Positions 20,638-30,396 of a stretch of 64,000 bases of DNA are shown here, in pieces. Under the pieces are notes generated by a model, which ran no database searches, was not told the DNA's origin, and worked only from the letters and a program-made list of their open reading frames with translations. The DNA comes from an uncultured delta proteobacterium (GTDB taxonomy: Bacteria > Myxococcota_A > Polyangia > Polyangiales > B10-G4), in contig CAVSGI010000006.1 in assembly GCA_963727445.1 (NCBI GenBank), positions 576,001-640,000 on the forward strand, in the 5' to 3' direction. Position numbers and translations under genes: made by a program. Within the stretch, counting starts at the first letter, position 1. Every line of letters starts with the position of its first letter.

Positions 20638-22594
20638 TTGACCCGAGGCCTCACCCCTCTTCGAAGGGCCCGTGGCCAGGGGGCCAGCGCCCAGCGCGCG
20701 CCGGCCTTCCTGCCCACCACCCGCGCCGACATGGATGCCCGCGGCTGGGACGCCCTCGACATCCTCATCCTCAGTGGGGACGCCTACGTCGATCACCCCG
20801 CCTTCGGCCCGGTCTTGATCGCCCGCTTCCTCGAAGCCCGCGGCTATCGGGTCGGCTTCATCGCCCAGCCCCGATGGGCCGACCCGGAGGACGTGCTGCG
20901 CATGGGGCGTCCGCGGCTCTTCGTCGGAGTGTCCGCCGGCAACCTCGACTCGATGCTGAACAAGCTCACCGCGCAGAAGAAGACGCGCTCCGAGGATCAA
21001 TACTCGCCGGCGGGGCGGACGAACGCGCGACCGAACCGGGCGACCATCGTCTACGCGAATCTCTTGCGCGGCGCGATGCCGGGGGTGCCCATCGTCCTCG
21101 GGGGGATCGAGGCGTCGCTCCGGCGCATCGCGCACTACGACTACTGGAGCGACAAGGTGCGGCGCGCGATCCTCCTCGACGCCAAGGCGGACCTCCTGGT
21201 CTTCGGCATGGGGGAGCGGCCGATCTGGGAAGTGGCGCGCCGGCTCGATGCGGGGGAGGCCATCGGCGACATCCGCGACGTCCGCGGGACGGCCTTCGTC
21301 CTGGGCAAGGGCGAGCACGAGCACCTCGAGGCGAGCCGCTTCGTCAAGGATGGCAAGACGGTCATCCTGCCGAGCTACGAAGAGGTCTCGGCCGACGCGC
21401 GCGCCTTCAGCGAGATGTCGCGCGCCTTCCAATACGAGACGAATCCGGGCAACGGCCGGCCGCTCCTTCAGCGCCACGGCGACCAGGCCGTCTACTTCAA
21501 TCCTCCGGCGCTACCGCTCGACCAGAGCGAAATGGACGAGCTCTACGATCTGCCCTTCGTGCGGCGCCCGCACCCGAGCTACGCCGACCGGATCCCCGCG
21601 TTCGAAACGGTGAAGGACTCGATCGTGACGATGCGCGGATGCTTCGGCGGTTGCAGCTTCTGCTCGATCACCGAGCACGAAGGGCGCGTGATTCAGTCGC
21701 GTTCGGCCGAGAGCGTGCTCAGAGAGGTGCGCGCGCTCCGGCGGATGGATGGGTTTTCGCGGCGTGATCAGTGACGTCGGTGGACCGACCGCGAACATGT
21801 ACGAGATGAAGTGCAAGAGCGAGGAGATCGAGCGCTCTTGCCGGCGCCTGTCGTGCGTTCATCCGGGCGTCTGCGACAATCTGGTCACCGATCACGCGCC
21901 GCTGGTCTCGCTCCTTCGCAAGGTGCGCGCAGAGGACGGGGTCAAGAAGGTCTTCGTCGCCAGCGGCGTGCGCTACGACCTCGCCGAGCGCTCGCCCGAG
22001 TTCGTCAAGGAGCTCGCCGAGCATCACACGGGCGGGCAGCTCTCGGTGGCCCCCGAGCACGTGGACGAGGGCGTGCTCGCCAAGATGAAGAAGCCGGGGG
22101 CCGAGAGCTACGAGCGCTTCGCCCACATGTTCGCCTGCGCGAGCGAAGAGGCCGGCAAGGATCAGCACCTGGTCCCCTACTACATCAGCGGTCACCCGGG
22201 CTCGACACTCGACTCGATGATCGCGCTTTCTCTCTACCTCAAGAAGCGCGGCATCCGGCCGCGTCAGGTTCAGGACTTCATCCCGACGCCGATGTCGATG
22301 GCCACGAGCATGTACGTGACCGGGATCGATCCCTTCACCCGCGAGCCGGTCTACACGGCCAAGACCATGAAGGACAAGCGCATGCAGAAGGCGCTTCTCC
22401 TGTACTGGGATCCCGCGCATCACGATCTCGCGCGCGAGGCCCTCGCGCTGGCGGGTCGCCGGGATCTGATCGGGAGCGGTCCGTCCCACTTGATCCCGCC
22501 CGCCCGGGGCAAGGGCTCGCTGTCGATTCACCAGCGGCGGGGCGGGCGCGCGGGGAGCGGGCGTTCACGCGGCCGGCGCAAGAAGAAGCGCTGA
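20638..22594 (+). CDS. ygiQ: YgiQ/UPF0313-family radical SAM protein, split by one extra base at 21754-21757
   Basis: [33 protein letters not shown]; the conserved [14 protein letters not shown] is restored by deleting one T from GGGTTTTCGC. Start uncertain (TTG 20638 or ATG 20581). Confidence 0.85.
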
Positions 22595-22640
22595 GAGGAG
22601 CGAGCGGGCGGCGGCGCCGGGGCGGTGGTATCATGGTGCG

Positions 22641-23612
22641 ATGGTGCGCCTCCCTCGTTCCTGTTTCCTGATCGTCCTTTTGGCCCTCGTCTCGGCATGC
22701 AGCGACGACTCCACGGTGACCGCGGACAGCGGCACCGCGGACAGCGCAACCTCGGATACCAGCGTCACGCCGGATGGCGCGCCGAGCGACACCGGCACGC
22801 CGCCGGGCGATGGCGGAGGGGGCGTCACGACGGTCTCCGCCGACATCGGTCCGCTGATGCTCGACCCGGGCGGTGAAGCCACGAAGTGCATCATCCGCGA
22901 GCTCCCGCTCGATGCGGACGTCTTCGCGACCCAGGTGCGTACGCAGATCTCCCCCGGGAGCCACCACGTCATCGTCTATCGACTCGAGGGCGGGACCCCC
23001 AGCGACACGCCCTTCGAGTGCACGCCCTTCACGGATCTCATCTCGCGCAACGGTGTGCCCATCGTGCTCGCGCAGGAGGCGGAGCGCACCGTGCAGTATC
23101 CGGACGCGACGGGGCTTCGGCTCTCGGCAGGGCAGCTCATTCGCATCGAGCTCCACCACATCAACACCACCGCCGATCCGATCGCCGTGACCGCTCACGT
23201 GGAGTTCGACGTCCTGCCCGGCGCCTCGGACGTTCAGGAGATCGGCTACATCTTCTCGGGCACGACCGCGATCAACATCCCGCCGCGCTCCACCGGCAGC
23301 GCCCGCCGGAGCTACACGCCGCCGACCGGGCTCAACCTCTTCGGCGTCACCACGCACACGCATCAGTGGGGCACGCTCGCGACGGTGACGCTCTCGGGCG
23401 AGGAGATCCATCGCTCGACCACCTGGTCCGAGCCGCCCATGGACACCTTCGACCCTCCGCGCGTCCTCGGCGCGACCGACACCTTCGAGACTGTCTGCAA
23501 CTACGACAATCTTTCGGACTCGACGGTCACCTTCGGCGAGAGCGCCAACGACGAGATGTGCTTCATGATCGGGCTCTACTACCCGTCGCGCGGCTTCATC
23601 CTCGACATCTAA
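22641..23612 (+). CDS. Lipoprotein with copper type II ascorbate-dependent monooxygenase (PHM/DBM)-like domain
   Basis: Lipobox LVSAC; copper-ligand-like motifs GSHHVIV, ELHH, THTHQWG, DEMCF. Confidence 0.75.
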   Translation: MVRLPRSCFLIVLLALVSACSDDSTVTADSGTADSATSDTSVTPDGAPSDTGTPPGDGGGGVTTVSADIGPLMLDPGGEATKCIIRELPLDADVFATQVRTQISPGSHHVIVYRLEGGTPSDTPFECTPFTDLISRNGVPIVLAQEAERTVQYPDATGLRLSAGQLIRIELHHINTTADPIAVTAHVEFDVLPGASDVQEIGYIFSGTTAINIPPRSTGSARRSYTPPTGLNLFGVTTHTHQWGTLATVTLSGEEIHRSTTWSEPPMDTFDPPRVLGATDTFETVCNYDNLSDSTVTFGESANDEMCFMIGLYYPSRGFILDI

Positions 23613-23619
23613 GCACTAG

Positions 23620-24774
23620 CTACGGGCACACCGGCGTGACCGGCTCTTCTGGGCTGAGCCACTGCACCGTGTTCAGCCAGAACTGGGGGATGGGCGGCAT
23701 CGTGGACCACTCCGAGTCGAACTCGATCCATTCGTCGCCGAAGAGAAGGACGCGCCCGTCCCCGAGCGGGCCGGCTACGCCCACGGTCTCGGTGCCGATC
23801 ACCGCCATCGGAACGATGGTCGTCTCGAGGGAGGTGGGGACCACCGTCCGGAGGCCGCCGAGGAAGGTCACCGGGGGAAGGGTGCCGCTTCCGTCGGCGG
23901 TCATCGTGGTGGGATGGGGCAACAGGGTCGCTGGCCCGTCGAGCGGTCCGGCCGCGAGGTCGTAGGTGGGGCCGAGGGTCGTGAGCAGCGAGAGGTGACG
24001 ATCGGCCGTGGCGCCGGAGTCGTGACCAGTCATCACCATCAGCGCGCCTCCCGCCATCACCCAATCCGACAGCACCGTCGCCTCCTCGGTCGTGTAGGTC
24101 CGCTGCAGCCAATCCACGATCACCAGATCGAAGGTCTCGAGGAGCGCGCGCACGAGCGTGGGCGCGGTGGCGGTGGCGTGGAAGCGCGTGACGATCGCGC
24201 CCTGCATCTCGAGCCACGCTTGGAAGTTCGCCGAGGGGTTCGCCCCGGGGGCGCCCATGATGCCGATCCGCCGGCAGCCGTAGAGCGAGCTCCCGCCATC
24301 GGCGCTGCCGCTGGTGGTGCAGGGGCCCCACATGCCGAACTCGGCCATCCCCTCGCAGCTCATCTCGCCGTAGGCGCAGAAGGAGCCGGTTGGCATGGTG
24401 CGTCCGGGCAGGCAGCGGGCCGTGGTGCCGATCGCGCAAGCGCAGCCCTCGTCCACCGAGTCGTCGCAGTCGTCGTCGAAGCCGTTGTAGCAAGTCTCGT
24501 CGGCCTCGCAGCTGAGTGAGACGCAGCCGTCGGCCGACGCATCCGAGACGGTCGAATCGGGGGCGGTGCGGCTGGTGTCCGGAAGCGTCGCGTCGATGCC
24601 CCCACTGTCGGGGACCGCCGTGCAGCGCCCATCCACACAGGCCTCCGTGGTCGCACATTCGACGCTCGACGCGCACTCGGGCTCGGCGGGCGAGGACGAG
24701 CAGCTACACCCTGCGACCTGGACCGAGACGAAGTAGAGCGCGACGAGGGACCAGGGCCGCGAGGTGCGCATCAT
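23620..24774 (-). CDS. Cys-rich lipoprotein with DDDCD..VDEG motif and C-terminal GATase-like domain
   Basis: Signal ending VAGCSC; NGFDDDCDDSVDEGC; LSDWVMAGGALMV, GDGRVLLFGDEW. The N-terminal part of the 683-aa ORF is a shadow of the neighbouring gene. Confidence 0.7.
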   Translation of the reverse strand: MMRTSRPWSLVALYFVSVQVAGCSCSSSPAEPECASSVECATTEACVDGRCTAVPDSGGIDATLPDTSRTAPDSTVSDASADGCVSLSCEADETCYNGFDDDCDDSVDEGCACAIGTTARCLPGRTMPTGSFCAYGEMSCEGMAEFGMWGPCTTSGSADGGSSLYGCRRIGIMGAPGANPSANFQAWLEMQGAIVTRFHATATAPTLVRALLETFDLVIVDWLQRTYTTEEATVLSDWVMAGGALMVMTGHDSGATADRHLSLLTTLGPTYDLAAGPLDGPATLLPHPTTMTADGSGTLPPVTFLGGLRTVVPTSLETTIVPMAVIGTETVGVAGPLGDGRVLLFGDEWIEFDSEWSTMPPIPQFWLNTVQWLSPEEPVTPVCP

Positions 24775-24806
24775 CCACCCATTTCTATCACATGGGATGG
24801 ACGGGC

Positions 24807-26990
24807 TCAGGCGAGGGCGTCCTCCTCGCCCGAGTCGTGCACCAGGAGGCAGGTCGCGTCGCCTCGTTCGAGCATCTCGCGCGCGAATGCGATCTCGCCC
24901 ACCGGCGGGAGGCCGAGGATGTGGAGATCGCAGGGAGGAGCCGCGCCGATGGCGTCGTGAAGGGAGCCGGTCTCCACCGCGATCTCGGAGTCGGACGGGA
25001 TCCGGGTGAGCTCGACGATCTGAGTGAGGTAGGCGCGGGCCGGCTGGATCTCCTCCTCGCTGGCGACCGAGCAGCGGAGCGTGAGCCGCCCGTCCCACTT
25101 CTGCGACATCAGATAGGCCACCAGGATCTGGAGGTTCAAGTTGCTCAGGCGCGCGCCTTCTTCGAGAGACCACTCGGGCCCCTGCGGGCGGACCCAGACC
25201 GTGATGTCTCGACGCTGTCCGAGGCCGAGCTCGGGCGAGAGGAGCGCGAGGACGACGCCCATTCGGTTGTCCGTCGCGGCCCGGACGATGCGCTCGATTT
25301 CGGGCTCGAGAGCGGGATCGGTGCCGGGGGTGAGGAAGAGGATGTTCGGCCGCAGGAAAGCGTCGCGCAGCGTCTGCATCGCGTGCGTCACTCCCCGGTG
25401 CACCTGCTCGACCGTGATCTCGGCCGCGGTGGTGTGCACGCCCGCATCGAGGAACTCGTTGGCGAGGGCGTCGATGCGCTCTTGAAAGTCCGGTGGGGCG
25501 CCCGGTCGCGACACGCCCAGGAGCGTGATGGAACCGAAGCGTTCGGTGAGATCGACGATCAGCGGGATGTGACGGCGCACCTCGTCCACGTCGAGCACCG
25601 GCACCAGGAGGTTGACCTTCCACGCCCGTGAGCGGCGCTTCGAAAACCTCCCCGCGCGCCGCGCAGCCCACTCGGCGATCATCAGGAAGAGCCCGCTTCG
25701 GACGTCGTCAGCCGGCGCTTCGAGATGGCGGCGCATCAGGACGGAGTAGACGGCGCCGACGACGGCGACCGCTACCAGGCTGAAGGTCGCGTTCACCACG
25801 AACATCGCACCGATGGCGCCGATCGCGCCGATGAACGGGACGGCGGAGGGGAGGCGCAGCCGCGGGCGAAAGCTGACCACGGCGAGGCGCTGCTCGAGGA
25901 GAACCACCGCGTTGATCATCCCGTAGGTGATCAGAAAGAAGAGGGTGATGAGCGGGGCGATCACGTTGAGGTCGCGAAGCAGGAGCCCCAGCAACACGAC
26001 CACGCCCGTAGCGACCGTCGCGCGCCGCGGCTCGAGCTCGGAGCCGCGGACGAGCCACTTGCCCGCGGGGACGACGCCCCCCTTGGCCAGGGCGTGCAGG
26101 ATGCGGGGCGCGCCGACGAAGGAGCTGAGCGCGGAGGAGAAGGTCGCGGCGAGAAGCCCTGCGAGCACCAGCGGGGAGAACGCCGCGCGATCGATCATCA
26201 CCGTGTAGTTGTTGCGGAGCTCGTCCCCAGTCGCGACGTTACCGAGCCAGAAGGCGAGGGCGATGTAGACCGCGGTGGCGATGGCGGTCGCCGTCAAGGT
26301 GCCGAGGGGGATGCTCCGCCGGGGCCTGACGAGCTCTCCCGACATGTTCGCGCCCGCGAGGATCCCGGTAGTGGCGGGGAAGAACACCGCGAAGACGAAC
26401 CAGAAGCGTGACTGCTCCCAGAAGTTGCCGGGTGACCCCCGCCACCACTCGATGGCGTGAGGCTCGATCGGATAGAAGAGCCCGGCCCCGACGCTCACCA
26501 GCGCCGCGGCGATGATGGCCAGGACCACGTACTGCACGCGAAAGGCGAGGCTGGTGCTGAGCAGCGTGAGGCCGGCGACGAGGACGAAGGCGAGGCCGTC
26601 CACCAGCCACGCGGGGTGGTTCGGAAAGATCCAGCACCAACCTTCGCGAAGCCCAAAGATGTACATGGCGACCGCGAGGCCCTGGCTGAGATAGAGGGGG
26701 ACCCCGATGCTGCCGCCCACCTCGATGCCCAGGGAGCGGGTCACGATCGCGTAGGGGCCGCCTGCCCCGAGCTGGACGTTCGTCGCGATCGAGGAGACGG
26801 AGAGGGCGGTGCAGGAGGTGATCACCGACGCGGCGACGATCACGCCGATGGCGCCGAGCACCCCCAGCTCGCCGACCACCCACCCCTCGCGGAGAAACAT
26901 GATCACGCCGAGGATCGTCAGCAGCGTGGGGGTGAAGACGCCCTCCAAGGTGCCGAACCGTCGTACCGCTCCGGAGTCTCGTCGACCCAT
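24807..26990 (-). CDS. Cation-chloride cotransporter-like APC permease
   Basis: FGTLEGVFTPTLLTILGVIMFLR.GWVVG, GGPYAIVTRSLG.EVGGSIG, FAVFFPATTGILAGANMSG; many TM segments plus a soluble C-terminal domain. Confidence 0.88.
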   Translation of the reverse strand: MGRRDSGAVRRFGTLEGVFTPTLLTILGVIMFLREGWVVGELGVLGAIGVIVAASVITSCTALSVSSIATNVQLGAGGPYAIVTRSLGIEVGGSIGVPLYLSQGLAVAMYIFGLREGWCWIFPNHPAWLVDGLAFVLVAGLTLLSTSLAFRVQYVVLAIIAAALVSVGAGLFYPIEPHAIEWWRGSPGNFWEQSRFWFVFAVFFPATTGILAGANMSGELVRPRRSIPLGTLTATAIATAVYIALAFWLGNVATGDELRNNYTVMIDRAAFSPLVLAGLLAATFSSALSSFVGAPRILHALAKGGVVPAGKWLVRGSELEPRRATVATGVVVLLGLLLRDLNVIAPLITLFFLITYGMINAVVLLEQRLAVVSFRPRLRLPSAVPFIGAIGAIGAMFVVNATFSLVAVAVVGAVYSVLMRRHLEAPADDVRSGLFLMIAEWAARRAGRFSKRRSRAWKVNLLVPVLDVDEVRRHIPLIVDLTERFGSITLLGVSRPGAPPDFQERIDALANEFLDAGVHTTAAEITVEQVHRGVTHAMQTLRDAFLRPNILFLTPGTDPALEPEIERIVRAATDNRMGVVLALLSPELGLGQRRDITVWVRPQGPEWSLEEGARLSNLNLQILVAYLMSQKWDGRLTLRCSVASEEEIQPARAYLTQIVELTRIPSDSEIAVETGSLHDAIGAAPPCDLHILGLPPVGEIAFAREMLERGDATCLLVHDSGEEDALA

Positions 26991-27112
26991 CTCCCCGCCC
27001 TTCCTTCGCCTGCGGCGGATGCGGCCCCAAAGGGATCATCTAAGCGCCGACGGCAGCCGTTCAAGTCCTATCGGACGGTTGCGGCCGGCGATCTTCTGGC
27101 CCTGGGCTCGTT

Positions 27113-29209
27113 TCAGTTGGCAGCGCCGGGGCTCGGCGTGGCCTGCACGTAGGCTTCGGTGCCGAAGGGGTTGCCGAGACCGTCGTACTGGCGCTGGTTC
27201 GACTCGACCGAGCCGCTGCTGCCCTCGTTGATCTGCGGGTGGCCCGGCGTGAGCGCGCTGAGCAGCTCGGGGTCGTCGGCGTCCGCGGTGTCGTAGACGA
27301 GCGCGTCCAACAGGGTGGTCCCCGAGGGCGTGCCGACCGGCGTGCCGTTCGGGAAGTCCGCCGCGTTGCCGGTGTAGAGCGCCACGGCGTCCGCACCGTT
27401 CTGCAGGCTGTCCGCCGCCGACACGCGGCAGTTGACGCCCAGGGTGCAGCCCGACGCGGTGATCGCGTCGGGGTTGCCGATGAGGAAGAAGCCGCTGCTG
27501 TTCGTGACGTAACCATCGAGGTCGAAGGCCATGTACGACTGGTCGTTGGAGCCGTTGAAGAGGACCACGACCAGCCCGTCGAGGGAGGTCCCCCCGGCGC
27601 CGCCGTCGTAGAGCTCGATGAACTCGGCCATGTCCGTGCCTGGCTGATCGGCGTCCACCTCGTTGATCACGATGTCGCTTCCGACCGCGTCCCAGCACAT
27701 CGACATGGCGCAGCCGAAGCAGCTGGGTGCGGTGCCGGGGCAGTCGCTGCAGCTCGAGAGATCCGGCGCGAAGACGTCGGCCGGGCAGTCGACGGAGGAC
27801 CCGTCGCAGGTCTCCGCGGCGTCGCAGTCGATGGTGGCCGCGCGGCAGACGGTGCCCGAGGGCGAGAGCATGTCCGCGGGACAGGCCGCTGCGGCGCCGG
27901 TGCACATCTCCGCCGGGTCGCACAGGCCGGTGGAGGCGCGGCACTCGGTGGAGCTCGCGAGGAAGGAGTCGGCGGGACACGTCCCCCCGGATCCGGTGCA
28001 GGTCTCGGCTACGTCGCAGACGCCCGCCGATGGGCGACACTCGGTCCCGCCGGTCACGAAGGAGTCCGAGGGACAGGCGCTCGAGGAGCCATCACACGTC
28101 TCGGCGACGTCGCAGCCGCCCACCACGGCCCGACACTCGGTGCCCGAGGGCAGGACGTCGTCGCTGGGGCACGCCGCGCTCGCCCCGGTGCAGGTCTCTT
28201 CGGCGTCGCAGAGGTCCGCGGCCGCGCGGCAGACGGTGGTCGAAGGCTCGAGGGCGTCCGCGGGGCACATCGCGCTCGCCCCGGTGCACGTCTCCTCGGC
28301 ATCGCAGAGGTCGGTCGACGCGCGGCAGACAAGGGTCGAAGGGGCGAAGGCGTCGGCGGGGCACATGCCGCTCGTTCCGGTGCAGCTCTCCGGGACATCG
28401 CAGCCGCCGGCGGCCGCGGGACGACAGACCGTGGAGGACGGCGCGAAGGCGTCGGTCGGGCAGTCGGTGGTCGTCCCGTTGCAGAGCTCGTCGACGTCGC
28501 AAGCGCCGGAGGCGGCGCGGCAGACGGTGGAGGACGACGCGAGGCTGTCGCTGGGACAGGCGCTCGACGCCCCGTCGCATGTCTCCGCCACGTCGCAGGG
28601 GCCCGCGGCGGACCGACACTCGGTGCCCGCGGGCGAGAGCGCGTCCGCGGGACAGTCGGCAGAGGCGCCGGTGCACATCTCCGCGGCGTCGCAGGCACCT
28701 GCGGAGGCGCGGCATTCTGTCGAGCTCGGCATGAAGGAGTCGTCTGGACACGCCGCGCTCGTCCCATCGCAGCTCTCCGCGACGTCACACGCGCCCGCGG
28801 CCGAGCGACACTCGGTGTCCGCGGGGCTCACCTCGTCGTCGGGGCACGCCGTCGTGGCTCCGTCACAGGTCTCGGGGACGTCGCATGTTCCCGCCGCCGC
28901 GCGGCAGACCGTGTCGGCTGCGGCCGGGCCATCACAGGTCGCGCTGCAGCATCCGTCGATGCCCGGGTCGCACGTCTCACCGGGATCGAGCGTGCCGTTG
29001 CCGCAGGGCGTGGCGCTGTCGGGGGTCGCGTCGGCGCTTCCATCCGTCGCGGCGTCGGGGACGTCGGAGTCGGTGCTGCTGTCCGTCCCCCCTTCGCCAA
29101 TGCCGGTGTCGGTGGGGGTTCCGGTGTCCCTCACGCGGCTGTCGTCGCCGCAGCCGGCGAACAGGAGAGAGGAGAGAAGAATTCCGACGAGCGTGCGGGC
29201 CATGACCAT
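27113..29209 (-). CDS. Lipoprotein with tandem disintegrin-like repeats and C-terminal lamin-tail-like domain
   Basis: Lipobox LFAGC; CGNG..DPGETCD; 12 repeats CR.....CD..E.C.G....CP.D; IVINEVDAD..EFIELY..TPSPGAAN. Confidence 0.85.
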   Translation of the reverse strand: MVMARTLVGILLSSLLFAGCGDDSRVRDTGTPTDTGIGEGGTDSSTDSDVPDAATDGSADATPDSATPCGNGTLDPGETCDPGIDGCCSATCDGPAAADTVCRAAAGTCDVPETCDGATTACPDDEVSPADTECRSAAGACDVAESCDGTSAACPDDSFMPSSTECRASAGACDAAEMCTGASADCPADALSPAGTECRSAAGPCDVAETCDGASSACPSDSLASSSTVCRAASGACDVDELCNGTTTDCPTDAFAPSSTVCRPAAAGGCDVPESCTGTSGMCPADAFAPSTLVCRASTDLCDAEETCTGASAMCPADALEPSTTVCRAAADLCDAEETCTGASAACPSDDVLPSGTECRAVVGGCDVAETCDGSSSACPSDSFVTGGTECRPSAGVCDVAETCTGSGGTCPADSFLASSTECRASTGLCDPAEMCTGAAAACPADMLSPSGTVCRAATIDCDAAETCDGSSVDCPADVFAPDLSSCSDCPGTAPSCFGCAMSMCWDAVGSDIVINEVDADQPGTDMAEFIELYDGGAGGTSLDGLVVVLFNGSNDQSYMAFDLDGYVTNSSGFFLIGNPDAITASGCTLGVNCRVSAADSLQNGADAVALYTGNAADFPNGTPVGTPSGTTLLDALVYDTADADDPELLSALTPGHPQINEGSSGSVESNQRQYDGLGNPFGTEAYVQATPSPGAAN
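27775..28925 (-). repeat. 12 degenerate ~96-bp (32-aa) intragenic tandem repeats
   Basis: Counted from the translation; four invariant Cys per unit; one unit has a one-residue insertion. Confidence 0.85.
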
Positions 29210-29279
29210 TCCCTTCGGGCGCGATGGTCTGCGGGTCCGAACGGAACTTCAAGCCCCGGCAGATACACGCCGGGAAGGC

Positions 29280-30329
29280 TCAGTTCGCGCCGGTTTCGAC
29301 GACCGCGTTGGTCGGCTCCGGCGCGGCTTTGCGGGCCATGGTGCTCAGCCGGTAGGCGTGGTTGCGCGCCCGCATCATGTTTCCGAGGGGGCGGTGCTCG
29401 ACCAGCGCGTGCCAGGGGTCGAAAGACAGCGTGTCGACCAGGGCGGCGAGGCGCTTGCCTTCGTCGCTCCGCAGATCCTGCTTCGGCACTTCGAGTCGCG
29501 CCACGCGCACCCAGGGGGCGACGTCCTCGCTCCAGTCCACGGACGCGTCCTCGATCGGCGTTTGCGCCTCGTCCACGAAGAACTGGAGGGCGAGGTCCCA
29601 CGCGAGGGGACCCGCGGCCAGGTGATCCGCGAGGTCTTCGAGGAGCGCCCACTTCGGGTCGCGACTCCGACCGGAGCGGGGCTCGGCGCCGCTGGTGGCG
29701 GGCAGGAGCGCCGCCCGCACGGCGTAGGGCCCAGCGCGGAAGGGCAGGGCGCTGAACATCGCCCGTCCCGCGAAGCTGTCGAAAGGCTCTTTCAAGCCGG
29801 CGAGGAGCTTGCGGACGAGCCCGACGGCCCGGCCCCAGCCGACCTGCGACGCGAAGCGCGGCAGCAGGAGGAGCTGGCCCTTGGATGCCGCGACGACGAA
29901 GGCGACGAACTCGTAGGCGTCGCGAAAGGGCGTCGCGCGTGAGTCGATGAAGAGAAAGTCCTGCGTGAGCGCGTCCTCGAGCCCTTCGATGATCTTCGTG
30001 CCCTCGACGCCGAGCACCTTGATGGCGATCCCGCGTACGTCACCGGTGGTGTCGCGCTGAAATCGTGGAGAGCCGTTCGAGAATCGGAGGTAGCAGTGAT
30101 GGGTGTGCGGCTGCGCAAAGAGGCCGTGCCGACAATGCTCCGGAAGGTCGTCGAAGACGCGGAGCGTCCCCATTACGCCGGCGTGCTGCTTGTAGTGCAG
30201 AGCGCGACCGATGGGCCGCTGTTTCGCGTTCGAGAGTTGGATGTCGCGCAGGGCTTCGGCGAGGGCGACGAGCTTCGCCTCCTCATCGTCTGGGACGACT
30301 TCCTTCCAGTCGGTGGTGGGGCTCGCCAT
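29280..30329 (-). CDS. Catalase-like heme protein (short, catalase-related)
   Basis: RALHYKQHAG (distal His), RFSNG, DVRGIAIKV, QDFL, RARNHAYRLS (proximal Tyr). Confidence 0.8.
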   Translation of the reverse strand: MASPTTDWKEVVPDDEEAKLVALAEALRDIQLSNAKQRPIGRALHYKQHAGVMGTLRVFDDLPEHCRHGLFAQPHTHHCYLRFSNGSPRFQRDTTGDVRGIAIKVLGVEGTKIIEGLEDALTQDFLFIDSRATPFRDAYEFVAFVVAASKGQLLLLPRFASQVGWGRAVGLVRKLLAGLKEPFDSFAGRAMFSALPFRAGPYAVRAALLPATSGAEPRSGRSRDPKWALLEDLADHLAAGPLAWDLALQFFVDEAQTPIEDASVDWSEDVAPWVRVARLEVPKQDLRSDEGKRLAALVDTLSFDPWHALVEHRPLGNMMRARNHAYRLSTMARKAAPEPTNAVVETGAN

Positions 30330-30396
30330 CAGGAGCGCGAGGGTATCAGCTGTTGCCGCCGTTGACCCCGTCCACCGAGGCGCGCACGATCCATCG

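Noticed and set aside
21749..22594. Independent second radical SAM-related gene, or programmed frameshift at GGGTTTT
   Set aside because: It is the C-terminal part of YgiQ. The shift needed is +1, the heptamer is not in the -1 slippery phase, and three similar insertions elsewhere point to assembly error.
27044..27092. Hairpin upstream of the cation-chloride cotransporter as a riboswitch
   Set aside because: The stem has mismatches on the transcribed strand and I recognise no riboswitch consensus; an Rfam scan would settle it.
27775..28925. ~96-bp periodic repeats as a CRISPR array or ncRNA array
   Set aside because: Degenerate at third codon positions, in frame within a protein, with no spacer/repeat alternation and no cas genes.
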